Part shown: positions 1 through 13,288 of the stretch, piece after piece
How positions within the stretch are numbered: position 1 is the stretch's first letter
How the letters are laid out: every line of letters starts with the position of its first letter
NCBI GenBank assembly: GCA_002104945.1
Contig: MCFH01000006.1
Location: 124,001-188,000 of the forward strand
Origin: Piromyces finnis finn
Taxonomy: Eukaryota; Fungi; Neocallimastigomycota
Length of the DNA: 64,000 nt
Direction: 5' to 3'
Made by a program: the position numbers and the translations under genes
The notes under the pieces: generated by a model
What the model saw: the letters and a program-made list of their open reading frames with translations, nothing else
What the model was told of the DNA's origin: nothing
Databases searched by the model: none

Positions 1-1297
1 ATAAGTAATTTATTCTTGGACTACACTACATATATAGATTGTTCACTAAATCTATTTTTTAAGCATATAGGAATATCATTATTTTTGATTATATTTTATT
101 ATATGATAGAACTAAATCATGAATTAGGTATAAGGCGAGATGCATTTATTAATTCTACTAGTGATGAAATTACATCATATACAAAATGTGACTATGACAG
201 TATATTATTTCATAATGAAGATAAAAATTGGTCATTTAACAATTGTCCATATTTAATAAATTCAATGGATGAAAAACTAAAAATAAGATTAGATTCTCTA
301 AGTAATGAAATCAAAAATTTACAACCAATTAATATTAGTAAATACTTTTCATATGTAATAGATGAAAAGAATATAAAAATTTTAAACTCTTCTGAAAGAG
401 AAGTAAATGAAAAAATATATAAAAAAATCAAAAAAGTTAATACACTTTATTTTGAATTATTTCTTTTATATTTATTAAATACAATATTTTTAATAGTTGT
501 AATTTGTCGAAATTCTATGAAAAATAATGAGTTGAAATCAATTTCAATTATTCAAAATATTAATGGGAAATGGGAGTACATGTGTATTCTTGATAAATAT
601 GATTTATTTGAAAGTATAATTGAATTTCTATTTCTAATATTAATTATGAACAAAGGAGATCAATTACAAAATTTCAACAATATTTTTAAATATACATATT
701 ATATTGAAAATTCAATAAGGATAGGTATCTTTTCAGGACCTGTATTAAATGTAATATAAACATATAAAATATATATTGATATAAAAATTTTTTAAAAAAA
801 GACTGATTATTTTTATTTTTAATATTTAATAATAATAATAATAATAATAATAATTACAACAAAATCATTACCAAAATATTTATCAATATCTATAGATAAT
901 AAGTTATTTTATCTTTTTAAATAATCAGAAATATCAAAGATTTTCAAAAGTTATTTTTGATACTATATTTAATTCTATTGGATATTTCATTTTCTTTTTA
1001 ATTTTTATATGGGAAATTTTAATTTTTATTACAAAAAAGTGTAATAATATAAATAAAAATTATTTTGTATATAAAAAACATGAGAAATGTGCTCTTCATA
1101 ATTCTACTACTTGTGAATGTTCTTTAAATGTTACCAACGAACAAATGAAACTTGATATAAGAGAGTCACTTGATTTTTATAAAATATGTTCATCTTATTA
1201 TGTATTCAACCAAAGGAAATTACATTATATTAATGCAGTATCAAAAATAAATATGATTTATATATACAGTAATAATAAAAATCATAATATTTTTTAA
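1..1297 (+). CDS. 3' part of a class C GPCR-like 7TM membrane protein (5'-truncated by window edge); exons <1..750 and 896..1297
   Basis: Frame open from base 1 to a GT donor at 751 (AAT|GTAATA). A phase-0 acceptor (TATAG|896) continues open to TAA at 1295-1297. Product has several hydrophobic helices (FFKHIGISLFLIIFYY; LFLLYLLNTIFLIVVI; IIEFLFLILIM; IGYFIFFLIFIWEILIFI), an extracellular NGKWEYMC loop and a Cys/His tail (CALHNSTTCECS...FYKICS), as I recall for the expanded gut-fungal GPCR-like family. Family call is from memory of motif pattern. Confidence 0.5.
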
Positions 1298-1619
1298 TTT
1301 AATTTCATCATTTAATATTTAATAATAAAAAATATGTAAACAATCATTTATACTTTAAATCACTGTCTTTATTATAAGTTAATATAACTTTTACATTTAA
1401 AGATATTAATTAAAATTTTAAATGTTTTATATAAATATTAAAACATGTTTTAACGATATAATAATAAAATTTAATAAAAAAAATATCGTTTTAAATTCTT
1501 ATTATGGAGCCTTTAAAGTTTCATTAATAATCGTTATATATAAAAGAAATAAATTATAAGAACATTGACACTAGTGTTAAATATAAATATTTAAATATAA
1601 ATGCTATTATTTTGAAAAT

Positions 1620-1752
1620 AGGAGTGTTTAGGCTGAAAATTCAGTATGGCAAACCAGAAGGTCATGACCACATAGATATAGGAAATAGGCAACATTTTTA
1701 TAAAAACCACTATTAGGATTATTCTAATAAATGGGAAAGATGAACTCAGTAA
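1620..1752 (+). mobile_element. Decayed 3'-end copy of the SINE-like element at 57453-57947
   Basis: gctgaaaattcagtatggcaaaccagaaggtcatgaccac...caacattttt...aaccactatt...aaatgggaaagatgaactcag aligns colinearly with 57802-57922. Confidence 0.8.
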
Positions 1753-2299
1753 TTAAATTTTTTTTAAAATAATATAAATTTTCAAAATTAAAAATAACTA
1801 TAAAATTATAATAAAACAAATCTTTTTGTTATTCGATTATCAATATTAATTTATAATATAAATAAAATATTTAATAAATTATTAAAAAATATTGATATTT
1901 TAATATATTTATACTGGAGCAAAATAAAATAATAATATTAATAATAATTATTTTATATTTTTTAATATTTTTATTTTTTGGTAAAAGTATTTATTTTCTG
2001 ATGGATAATACATTTAAGTGAATTAATTGAACCAATCATAAAAAAAAATAAAATCAATATTTTAATGTTATATTTAATTAAAAGTTTATTTTTACTTTAA
2101 TATACTTTTTATTTTTTAAATATTTTAATAAAATATTATAGTAGAAATTAACTTTTTATTGAATTATTTTTATAATATTTCTATAATTATATTATTTTAT
2201 TTAATAAATTATTAATAAAATAAAATAAACTAAATAGTTTATAGAATATTTAATATATATTATGTTATATAATTAACCACAAAAATATTTATTTTATAT

Positions 2300-2542
2300 T
2301 AATTATTTCAATATATTGATCATTTTACAGATGTTTGCATTGTAACATTCATAATCAAGTTTTTTAGCCAAATAAATATTATAAATAATACCATATTTAT
2401 TATTATTTTAAACATTCCAAATACCTTCATTGTTGATATACATAACTTTAATACAACGTAGAAATTCTATTTATTTGACCAGCAATTTTGGGTTTAGTTT
2501 TAAATTTTAGTTTTAGTTTTGGTTTTGACTTTCGTAATATTC
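2300..2542 (-). pseudogene. Degenerate linker plus tandem fungal dockerin (NCDD, CBM10-like) remnant downstream of the CE6 stop
   Basis: Minus-strand translation across frameshifts gives KTKNITKVKTKTKTK (linker), then QNCWSNK*..., KVMYINNEGIWNV*NNNKYGI and YLAKKLDYECYNANICKMI. These match the dockerin pattern CWxxxLGYxCC...VxYTDxDGxWGVENxxWCGI, with stops and lost Cys/Trp. Confidence 0.75.
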
Positions 2543-3328
2543 TTAGTTTTTAACTTCAACATCACCTATAATTTTTAACATTTCTTCAGCATAACGTTGA
2601 CCTAAAGTACGATATGCAGCAGAAGTGAAGTGAAGACCATCACCTTGTTGACCTAAACCCTGGGAAAATATAACATGTGCAGATGGAATAACCTTTGGAA
2701 GCTGTTGAATAATTGAATTCATACTTCCACATTGACCACCTTCATTACTTTGGACTACTTCACCAGCAAGGAATGGAACATCATCAGCTTTTAAGCCTAA
2801 GTCTTTAAGAATATTATAGTAAACATTTTTAACACGATTTGGCCAATTTTGTTGACCAGTGTTTGTTTCACCTTGATGGAAAAGAATACCTTTAATGACA
2901 CCAACTTCTTGAGCCTTTTTTCCCATGTCGATTAAACGACCATATGGATTACCACCGTATGAATTAACTCTATTAATCATGAAAGATTGTAAAGGATAAC
3001 TTTTGTAATTATCTTTTTCAAAAAGTTGAATATCACAACCAGCAATAGCAACAACAATAACACCAATCTTAATCTCTTGTGGTAATTTTTTGACCAATGT
3101 TCGACCAAAATAATCTACTGGACCTAACATACCATCACAATTTGCAAGTGGTGGGATAGCATCATACCATTCGCCTATTTGACGGCCATTTCCATTAAAA
3201 GGAGAAAGAACTTGAAAACGTTTATCTACAGTTTTGTCTTGATTTTCAATTGGACCTTGGCCTTCCATATTAGATTGTCCAAAGGCTAAGTAAATGTGAA
3301 AGTTTGGATCTGGTAACATTTTAGCCAT
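2543..3328 (-). CDS. Carbohydrate esterase family 6 (SGNH/SASA) acetyl xylan esterase, catalytic domain only
   Basis: Intronless ORF with PDPNFHIYLAFGQSNMEG (catalytic Ser), GILFHQGETN and DGLHF (DxxH). First ATG at 3328; the ORF track start at 3358 is a TTG. Confidence 0.93.
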   Translation of the reverse strand: MAKMLPDPNFHIYLAFGQSNMEGQGPIENQDKTVDKRFQVLSPFNGNGRQIGEWYDAIPPLANCDGMLGPVDYFGRTLVKKLPQEIKIGVIVVAIAGCDIQLFEKDNYKSYPLQSFMINRVNSYGGNPYGRLIDMGKKAQEVGVIKGILFHQGETNTGQQNWPNRVKNVYYNILKDLGLKADDVPFLAGEVVQSNEGGQCGSMNSIIQQLPKVIPSAHVIFSQGLGQQGDGLHFTSAAYRTLGQRYAEEMLKIIGDVEVKN

Positions 3329-4906
3329 TATAAATATATTTTTCTTATTTAATTTCAATAAATATTATAAATATAGTAATTAGATTTATGAAATGGTATT
3401 AAAATAAATATGATATTTGTATATATTTATTTTTTCCTTTTATCAAAATAAATGAAATTTTTAATTTAAAAATTTTTAATTGAGTAAAAATGGACTGATT
3501 TTATAGTAATTCAAAAAAAGAAAAAAAATATAAATATGTTTATTATCTGATATACTTTTAATATTATTAAATTAATTAAATCCTTTTATATATAATATAT
3601 TATAATAATAACAAAAAAAAAAAAAACATTAAATGATATAAAATGTTTATAATGTATATAATGTATATATTTTTTGTTTTAATATAATTATGCTTATTAA
3701 ATAATTGGTTATGATTAGTTGATGAATACATATTTTTTCAATATTAATTAATTTAGCAGAATTTTAATATAAATTAAAGTTTTTAAATAATATAAACATG
3801 TTTTTTTTTTTTTTTTTTCTATAAATGAATAGAAAAAAAGCAAGTGATTATAAACATTTTTAATATGATTATGTATATAATGGATAAAAAGAAAATCTTC
3901 ATATTTTTATAAATGATCTTTAATATAATATAAAAGTTTATTATGGTATAATTTATAAGGAATTTTATACTATTAAATAAATATAAATTAATATAAAATA
4001 TTTACTTTTTTTTTCTTTATTTTTTATAATTGTAAAAAAGTAATAACAAAAACTTGTTAATTAAAATAAATATACAATATATAAATTTCTATAGGTGAAA
4101 AATGTATGTAATTAATTTTTTATTTTCAATATTTAATAATAATATTAATAAATATTATTACCATTAAATATTATAAATCATTTTTGTCATTCATTATGAA
4201 ACTTCTTAACAATACTATGTTTACAAACAATGATCAATGTTTAATAAGTTTAAAGCAACGATCAAGAACGTTAAAACTGAAAAAATAGTAAGATCAGCCA
4301 TTTGGCAATATTTGATTATGACTTTCAGTCAGTCACATTGAAGCAATCGAAGGACAAATATAATTATTATATTTGAGTATAATAATTGTATATTGTATAA
4401 TAGTGACTTATTTTTGTTCATATGTTAATAATTAAAAAAAAATTCCAAAAATATTTATAGACTTTCCCTTTTATTTATACAACAATCTTCTTTTTTATTT
4501 ACTAATATGACTTTTATAATTGTTAATTTTTTCTTTTTTTTTTGAAATAAAATATATATTTTTAATTTTTTTTTTATTAATATAAATGATTGTGTGTGAT
4601 ATATTAATATAAATATGAAGATATAATAATATACATTATATATGCTTATATAAAAAATTAAATATTGATTTATTATCTTTCTAAATATTGAATAATTTCA
4701 ATTATTGCTTTTTTTTTTTTTTTTTTAATAATATTTATATATATAAATATTTTAATATTAAATAACGTTAAAAATAATGAGTTAATCTTTATATTTCTTT
4801 TTCTATTGTAAAATGTATAATAAAATGAAATATAGATTTTTGAGTAAAATTTTTATTATAAAATGAAAATTTAGAAGTCTTTATAATGATATAGATATTA
4901 AGGGTC

Positions 4907-7900
4907 TTAAACAACTTGATGATTTGGTTTAATTTCTTTAATTTCGCCATCATCATCGTCATCATCTAAATCTTCTTCTTCAACATCTTCTTCATCTTCA
5001 TATTCTAAATCAATTAAAGCCAAGTCAAGACCCCAGACACGACGTTTAATAGCTTTGTATACTTCAGAGAATGCAATAAAGAATAAAATAGAAAATCCGA
5101 TTAAAGCCCATTGCCAAGTAATATAAGTTTGTTTAAATACTTTATCATTAATAACAGGGATGTAAGCGGTTGGAACAATAAGAATAAGACCAAGGATGAA
5201 AGAGAAAAGAAGTGCTTTATTCATTTTTTGCTTTGTGAAGAAACCACTCTTACGGTTATGACGACAATTAAAACCATGAACTAAAATTAATAAAGAAAGA
5301 ACATAAAAGGCAACACCACGAGCAAGGAAACCGATTTTACATTTTTCTTCTTCAATACCGTCACTTTCATTACAATTTACATTATTTGTTAATAAATCTG
5401 ATCCATTCTTTGCTATAATTGTAATAATATAAGATACTAAAGATAAAACACCCATAAGCAAACCATAAATGACAGTATCTAACATTAATTCGAAAGAAAA
5501 CAATGAGGAAGAAAGTGGTCTTGGTGGATGATGCATAACATCCTTAGCAGCTTTTTCAACACCAAGAGCTAAAGCAATTGGAGAACTAGTAACCATATTT
5601 AAGTATAAAATTTGAGCTGGAGACATAGGGAATACAGATACATTTTGATCTTTAAAGAATAAACCAAGTACTAAAAGAACAACTTCAGATACATTACCAG
5701 AAAGTAAGTGGAGAGTGAATTTACCAATATTAGTGAAAATTCTACGACCAGAAGCAATAGCATGGACAATACTAGCGAAATTATCATCAGTTAAAGTAAT
5801 AGAAGAAGCTTGCTTTGTGACATCACTACCTCCTTTACCCATAGCAATACCAATATCAGCCATTTTAATAGCTGGAGCATCATTAACACCATCACCAGTC
5901 ATAGCAACAAACTTTTCACGACGACGGTGAAGAGCTTCAATAAGAGTAACTTTTGTTTGTGGGGTACAACGAGCAATAACTAATGGTAAGTAAGTCATAG
6001 CATCAACATCCTCTGGCTTCATATTATCAAAATCGGAGGCAACCATAACAACATTCTTTTTATTCATATTTTCCTTTGAAATAATACCAATTTCGGCAGC
6101 AATAGCTTTAGCAGTAGCTGGGTGATCACCAGTAGCCATACGAACAATAATACCTGCTTCTTGACACATTCTAACTGAGGCTGCTGATTCTTCTCTTGGT
6201 GGATCATACATACCAATAATACCGAGATAAATTAAATCACTTTCAGCTTGTTCTCTAGTCATATTTTCATCATAAGTATCTCTAAAAGCATAAGAAAGAC
6301 CTAAAACACGCATACCTCTGGATGCAAATTTCATCATAAACTTTTTGGATTTCTTTCCAACATCTGGATGAATTTGTTCAATTTGATTATCTTTAGTCAT
6401 ATAATTGTTACAAATAGAGAGTTCACTTTCCATTGCACCCTTAGATAAGAAGAGATATTTACCAGTTTCTTTGTTTTTGTAAATAACAGTCATACGTTTA
6501 ACAACAGCATCAAATGGATGTTCCATAATAAATTCATACTTTTCAGAAATTTTTTCTTTAGTGTAACCAAACTTTTGAGCAAATACTACTAAAGCGATTT
6601 CAGTTGGATCACCAATACTTTTCCAAGCATTTTCTTCTTTTTCATAGAATAGAGATGATGTACTACATAAGGCACAAACCATACTGGCTAAATCTAAACG
6701 TTGACTATCTTGATTAATTTCACTTAATGGGACTTCCTCAGTGTATTTCTTACTGTCTGGAGCCTTTCTCATTAATTTACCTTCTGGAATAATACCAACA
6801 CCAGTAACTTCAAAATCTTCTTCACCAATATAGCAACTTTTGACAACCATTTTACTTTGAGTTAAAGTACCAGTCTTATCAGAACAAATATCTGTAACTT
6901 GACCTAAAGCTTCTAAGGCGGCTAAACGACGAATAATAGCCTTTTCTTTAGCCATGTGACGTACACCGACAGCCATAGTAACAGTAACGACAGCTGGAAG
7001 ACCTTCTGGTAAAATAGCAACGGCTAAAGAAATAGCATATAAAAGAACTTCAGAAGTAATCTTAAATTTGTTTACAGCAAAGACAACTACTGCTAAAATA
7101 ATAGCAATTCCTAACAATAAGAACATCATTCTGTCCATAGTCTTTTGAAGTGGTGTTTTACCACTTTGACTTTTGCTTTCACTCTTTTCTAACATAACAG
7201 CAATCTTACCAACTTCAGTTTTTAAACCAGTACCAATAACAATACCAATACCTCTACCTTTAGTAGCTAAACTATTTTTAAAAGCACAATTTGTTCTATC
7301 ACCAACAGAAATTTCATTTTCTTTAACTTCAAGTTTATTAACTTGCTTTACAGCTGGAACAGATTCACCAGTTAATAAGGATTCATCAATTTCTAAATTA
7401 ACAGCTTCGCATAAACGAAGATCAGCTGGGATAACATCACCTTCTTCTAAGTAAACAACATCACCTGGAACAACTTCTCTGCATGGAATAACGTTAACTT
7501 CATGATTACGTAAAACTCTAGCGGTTGGAGAAGACATTTTCTTTAAAGCTTCCATAGTTTTTTCAGACTTAAATTCTTGGAAGAAACCAATACCAGTATT
7601 TGTAACAATAACAACAGCTAATACAATAGCTTCAACCCAATCTTGTACACAGCAACTGACAATCAAAGCAATAAGTAAAACAATATTCATAGAGTTGAAT
7701 AAGTTACTTAAAAATACCTTTAAGGTAGAAGTACCAGATGAACCATACAATTCATTGGCACCTACTCTTTGAAGTCTTTCTGTAGCTTCATCTTGGGTAA
7801 GACCAGTAGTAACATCTATTTTAATATTAATTTAATAAAATTAATTTATTCTGAACAAAAATAGAATAACTACTAAATTTAATATATATTATTTCAATGA

Positions 7901-8302
7901 CAACTTTTCATACTATAAATATCTATAATACTAAGTTTTTAATATCCTTTAATTTTTATTTTAATATTCTTAATACATATGAATAACATATAATATTCAT
8001 TAAAATTTTCGAAGGCTTATTAATACTTTCTTTTTTATTAAAAAATTTTTTTATCTATTTATTACTTTTATTTATATAAATAGTTATTATACTGAAATTA
8101 ACTTCAACATATAAAATTCTTATTTCGTTCTTTTTTAACCTCTTAAAAAAATTTTTTTTTTCATTTTCTTGTTCAATTATTGTATTTTATAAAAGCACTT
8201 ACCTGTGTGTAATAATGATTTAGTTTCGTCAATTGATAGTAAATGGTATTCTACCTTTTCTTCTTCTTCCTTTGGTTCAATAATTACGTCTTTACTAGAC
8301 AT
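4907..8302 (-). CDS. ENA1: ENA-type (P2D) Na+/K+-exporting P-type ATPase; exons 8203..8302 and 4907..7815 (~1002 aa)
   Basis: Motifs LTGES, ILPEGLP, CSDKTGTLT (phospho-Asp), KGA, TGDH, MTGDGVNDAP; TM6 MVTSSPIALALG is ENA-like. Exon 1 MSSKDV...LLHT with CAG|GTAAGT donor joins in phase to a TAG acceptor at 7816-7817. Confidence 0.88.
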
Positions 8303-9064
8303 TTTTTTTCTTTATGATATTTAATTATATAACTATCTTTATACTATTATTATAAATTTAAATGTTTCTATTATAAAAACTGGTTCCTTATTTTTTGTTT
8401 AATAATAAATTTTTTATATTTTATAACTATATAGTTATAAAACACTATTCTTAAATAGATTTTTAACTAGATTTCTGTATAATTTGTTAAATATTCTTTA
8501 TAAAAGAAACCTATATCTATTTTCCTTTTAAATATATTTATTTCAATTTTCTTAATTATTTTAAATTTTTTTTTATTATCCTTTCTTTTCAAAAAAAAAA
8601 AAATAAAATGTATATCACCAATGAGAAAAAAATAGATTCTTTATATCTTTACTATTAATGTTAATCTATTTTTCTCTGGTATAATATTTAAAAAAAAAAA
8701 AAAAAAACCAAAAAATAAAATTAAAAACGCAACTTTTTTTTTGTTTATTATTTAAAAAAAAAGAAAAAAAAAAAAGTTAAGTTTTTTTCTTTTTTAAAGT
8801 TAAAATAATGTTATAAAATTTTAAATCTTAATAATTAAAAATGGATAATAAATTTTTTCTCAATATACTTTTTCAGTACAAATAAAAATATGAAATAAAT
8901 TTTAATATATTAAAAGTTATAATTTAAAATTAAAGTTTTTAAATCATAATATATTATCAATTTAAAGATATATGTAATACTACATTATAATAATAAAGAT
9001 GAGACCTTTATATTTCGATACTTGTAAATTAAAGCATAAAATAATTTATCATGCAACCTTTTGA

Positions 9065-9108
9065 TTTTATTTAATAATAATGAAGGCAGTCATTATTATT
9101 AAATAAAA
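9065..9108. repeat. Perfect 19-bp inverted repeat with 6-nt loop
   Basis: ttttatttaataataatga-aggcag-tcattattattaaataaaa. Confidence 0.85.
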
Positions 9109-12100
9109 AGAAAGATGCATATTTGAAATTAACTTATAAAAAGTAATAAACTTTAAATAATTGAATTGTTTAAATATATTATAATTATATTGTCTCGTAA
9201 TAAATATTTTAGGTTCTATAATAATAATATATTTTTATGTTACACGAATAATTGATTAATTTTATTTTCTTCAACATACACTTTATCATAATAGAACAGA
9301 CAAAAAATTGAATATTTTCCTTTATTTTCTTCTTATAAGAACTTTTAAAAATAGTAATTTCAACAAAAATATCCTAATCATCAACAAAACTAAATTGATA
9401 ATACATATAAACACAATTAAAGAGTTAATATTTATAATTATGTATATTGGTTATTATAATTGTTAATAATAACCTGCATTATTGTTAATGGTGGCATAAG
9501 TATTAAATATATATACATTATATAAATATTTTATTTTTAAAAAATAAAGATATTCATGCTCCTAATATGCTATTCTTTTTTTGAAATAAAATTATAAAAA
9601 TATATAATTATATTAATCATTATTACATAATAATTATTATATAATTAATTAAATTAAATATAAATGTAAGAAAAAAGATATAAATCTACCACACAATAAT
9701 GATATTAACTAACATTAAATAAAAAATGATAATTATAACTTATTTTCTTGTAATATTTTTTTATTTATTATTAATGTGATTTTTTTATAATAAACTGTCA
9801 ATTTAAATTTTAATATAAGTTATATAACTTAAATAAGATTATAATTAGTTTTTATAATAATAATAAGGTTACATATAAATTTAAAATTAAAACCTTAAAT
9901 AATTTTATTATAACTTTAAATTTGAGAAATGTCATATATAAAGTTCTTTTATTTTAAAAAATGAATAACATATAGGCAGTTATGTAGATAAAATTGAATT
10001 ATTGACACTATTTTTTCTCTTTAAATTTATTATATAAGTATATAATATTTAAATTAAGAGTGAAATTTTTAACAAAAGCTTTTAATATAAGTAAAATATT
10101 TATTTAAAAATATATAAAGCAAATTTGCTTTTTATGTGTATGTTATGAAATAATATCTCATTATATATATGTTCAAATATACAATAAATCATTGCATATA
10201 TTCTACTATAAATATATAATGCTCTATATATAAATATTACAATGATAATACTTAAATTTAAGCAATATAATTTTTGTCATTATTCATTATTATCAACACC
10301 CAATAATTTTCCTTAGTGTCATTTAAAAAAAAATATCAATATAATTAAATAATTAGATTATTAAAAAAAAATAAAAAAAAAATGACAATTATCATAAAAA
10401 CTCTAAATTTATTGAATAAAATAATTATTATAATAAAAAAGATAAAATAATTAAGGTTTTTTATAATCAAAATAAAAAAAAAAAAAATCTGATAATTTAT
10501 TGAATATATTTTTTCAACACCATATTATAATTACAAATACATATTATTATTTTCTTTTGTTAAAAAAAATTTCACTACAATTTATTAAATATATAAGAAT
10601 ATTTTATTTAAATAATGTAAAAAAAAAAAAAAAGAAAAAAGATAATATGATTTTTAAAAGAATTTAAAATATATAATAAATATAATAATTTTAAAAAAAA
10701 AGAGTTAAAAGATATAAATGTTCTAATATCTAATATTAATTTAATATTAATAAGTTTTAATTTTGAATTAGCAATGACTATTAAGGTTTTGCCATTTCAA
10801 TATTTTTATAATAATAATCAAGTAGTATTTTTATTTTAAATTTTCACATTATAATATTATTACCATATATGAAAGGTAAAAATTTAATTTAATGAATAGC
10901 TGTCAAATTTTAACCAATTATTTTTTTGGAAATTTTATATAATTTTAATATAAAAAAGAAAAGAAAAACAGAATAATGTTTGAATATATTTTAAGTTTTC
11001 CCTTTATAGATCAGATAATTTATTTTAAAAATGATATTATATATATGTATAATTAGTTTCAACATTCTCATTATAATTTAATATTAAAGTTCTAACTAAG
11101 CTTTAATAAAAATTAAAATGTCAATTATTGTATGAAATATTCATATGAATAACAATAGTTTAATTTTCTTTAACATCATTATATACATATATATTAATAG
11201 ATAATGATAATATAAACTTTAATCATTTTTTATTTTTTGAAAAGAATACCTTTTAATAAAAATATGATAATAGAATTATTCAAAAAATATAGTTTTATAT
11301 TGTAAACTGTAAACAAATATATTTAATAGTATTTAATAATAATTTTAAATTATAATATGTCTTTAGAAACCAAAAGTGGTTTTTTAGTAATTGATAATTA
11401 ATAGTTAATTATTTTCATGACTATCGTATGCTTATTAACTAGTTAAATAAAAAATATAATAATATTATTAATAGAATTAATAAATCATATAATTAATATT
11501 TTTATTTGATGCATTATTATTATAATGATTATTATATATTTATCTGTACTACTATAATATTTTTGTAACAATAGTATTTTACTTTCGAACTATTATAATA
11601 ATAATAAAGTTTAAAAAATTATTAAACGATATTTATATCCCACCACTTATATAATTTTAAATATTATATACATATACTATACACTATTATAAATTTCAAA
11701 TACTAATTTTCAATTAAAGTATTATTTGAAATAATTATATTTAAACAATAATTATTTTAAAATTACTACTCTCATACCTATTTCGTAAATTTTTGATTTT
11801 ATGATTTTATATAATTAACTAGTAGCTTCAAATAAAATATATAAATTAAAAAAATGCTTTTTTACTCAAATTAATATTTTCTATTTGAAAAATATAATAG
11901 GAAAAGTGTATAGTTCATAAATAATATTATTACTCATAAAAAATATTATTTTTTTATAAACTATTATATTTTAATAGAATATACATATATAACAATATAA
12001 TTAATTATTATTCATTTAGGGAAATTACTTCTTTATTATGAATAGCATTTTAGATAAATAATTTTCAACTAATTATAATTATGATACTTAAAAAATATAA

Positions 12101-12459
12101 CTTGTTATATAATAATGATTAATAAAACAAATATATACATTTTAGCAAATATGTTTATTTCTTTTTTTTAGAAAAGCTAATATCAATTATAATAATTTAA
12201 TATATATATATTTTGTTTAAAACTGTCTTAAATAAATATTATTATTGTAAAAATTAATTTATATAAATAAAAAGCTTATACTTATGTATTATTATTATTA
12301 TTATTATTGTTATTATTATTATTTTGATAAAATATAATTATATAAATCTATGATTTATAGATATGATATAATAATATAATAGTATTTCATATTGATTAAA
12401 ATAAAGTATAATAAAAATATATATATATTTCATATCAAATAAAATACCCTATCTTATAC

Positions 12460-12665
12460 TATAATAGAATATTTAATTATTAAAATAATTTAAAAATAAC
12501 TATTCCATCATTGAATTAATTAGAAAAATTAATTTTACATCTACAATTATTTCTTAATTGTATATAATAGAATATTTAATTATTAAAATAATTTAAAAAT
12601 AACTATTCCATCATTGAATTAATTAGAAAAATTAATTTTACATCTACAATTAAGAAATAATTGTA
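12460..12665. repeat. 103-bp direct tandem duplication (12460-12562, 12563-12665)
   Basis: Units identical except for an inverted 7-nt loop in the terminal tacaatt/aattgta hairpin. Confidence 0.9.
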
Positions 12666-12734
12666 AGGTATTTAAATATGAAATTTTAAATGAACTTTTA
12701 TATTTTTTATATTCCTTTTCTTTTTTATTATAAG

Positions 12735-12841
12735 TTATTTATAGATTAAAATTTTAATTGCATTATTTATTTGTTCAAATAAAAAAAATAGAAATAAAAT
12801 GTTGCACTATCTTTTATATCATAATTTTAATCTATAAATAA
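12735..12841. repeat. 19-bp perfect inverted repeat flanking a 69-bp spacer (MITE-like foldback)
   Basis: ttatttatagattaaaatt (12735-12753) / aattttaatctataaataa (12823-12841). Confidence 0.7.
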
Positions 12842-13288
12842 AGTTTTAGACATAATGAACTTTTTTTTTTTATATTTTTTTATATGAAATTTATAAAAAA
12901 AATTTTTTAAAAAGAAGTTTAATTATTATAATACAATTCTAATTAATAATGTTAATAACTATCTATATTCTAAAATTATACTTAATTTTATTAATTTTGT
13001 AACTCTAAATAATTAAAAGAAAATCTATTAATAAAATGAATATTATTAAAGAACAAATTCTTACAATTAAAATTAACTTCTAATTTTTCAGAAATTGTAT
13101 AAAAAGAAGCAAAATTTTCATTCATTTTAAAAATCAGTTATCTATTGATCTATTCAATAAATAATTAATATACCACAAAAAACCGAGCTTATTAGCAAAA
13201 AGCGATATTTTTAAAAAAAATAATTTTATTTTTTTCTTAATAAAAAAATAAAAACTTTTAAAAAAATTTTTTTTAATAATTAATCAAG

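Noticed and set aside
5715-7454. Plus-strand ORFs 5715..5930 and 7173..7454, and similar antisense ORFs within AP-2, bHLH, SUN and RhoGAP genes
   Set aside because: Antisense shadows of real CDSs caused by codon bias.
12460-12665. CRISPR-like array
   Set aside because: Only two adjacent long units with no spacers, in a eukaryotic context.
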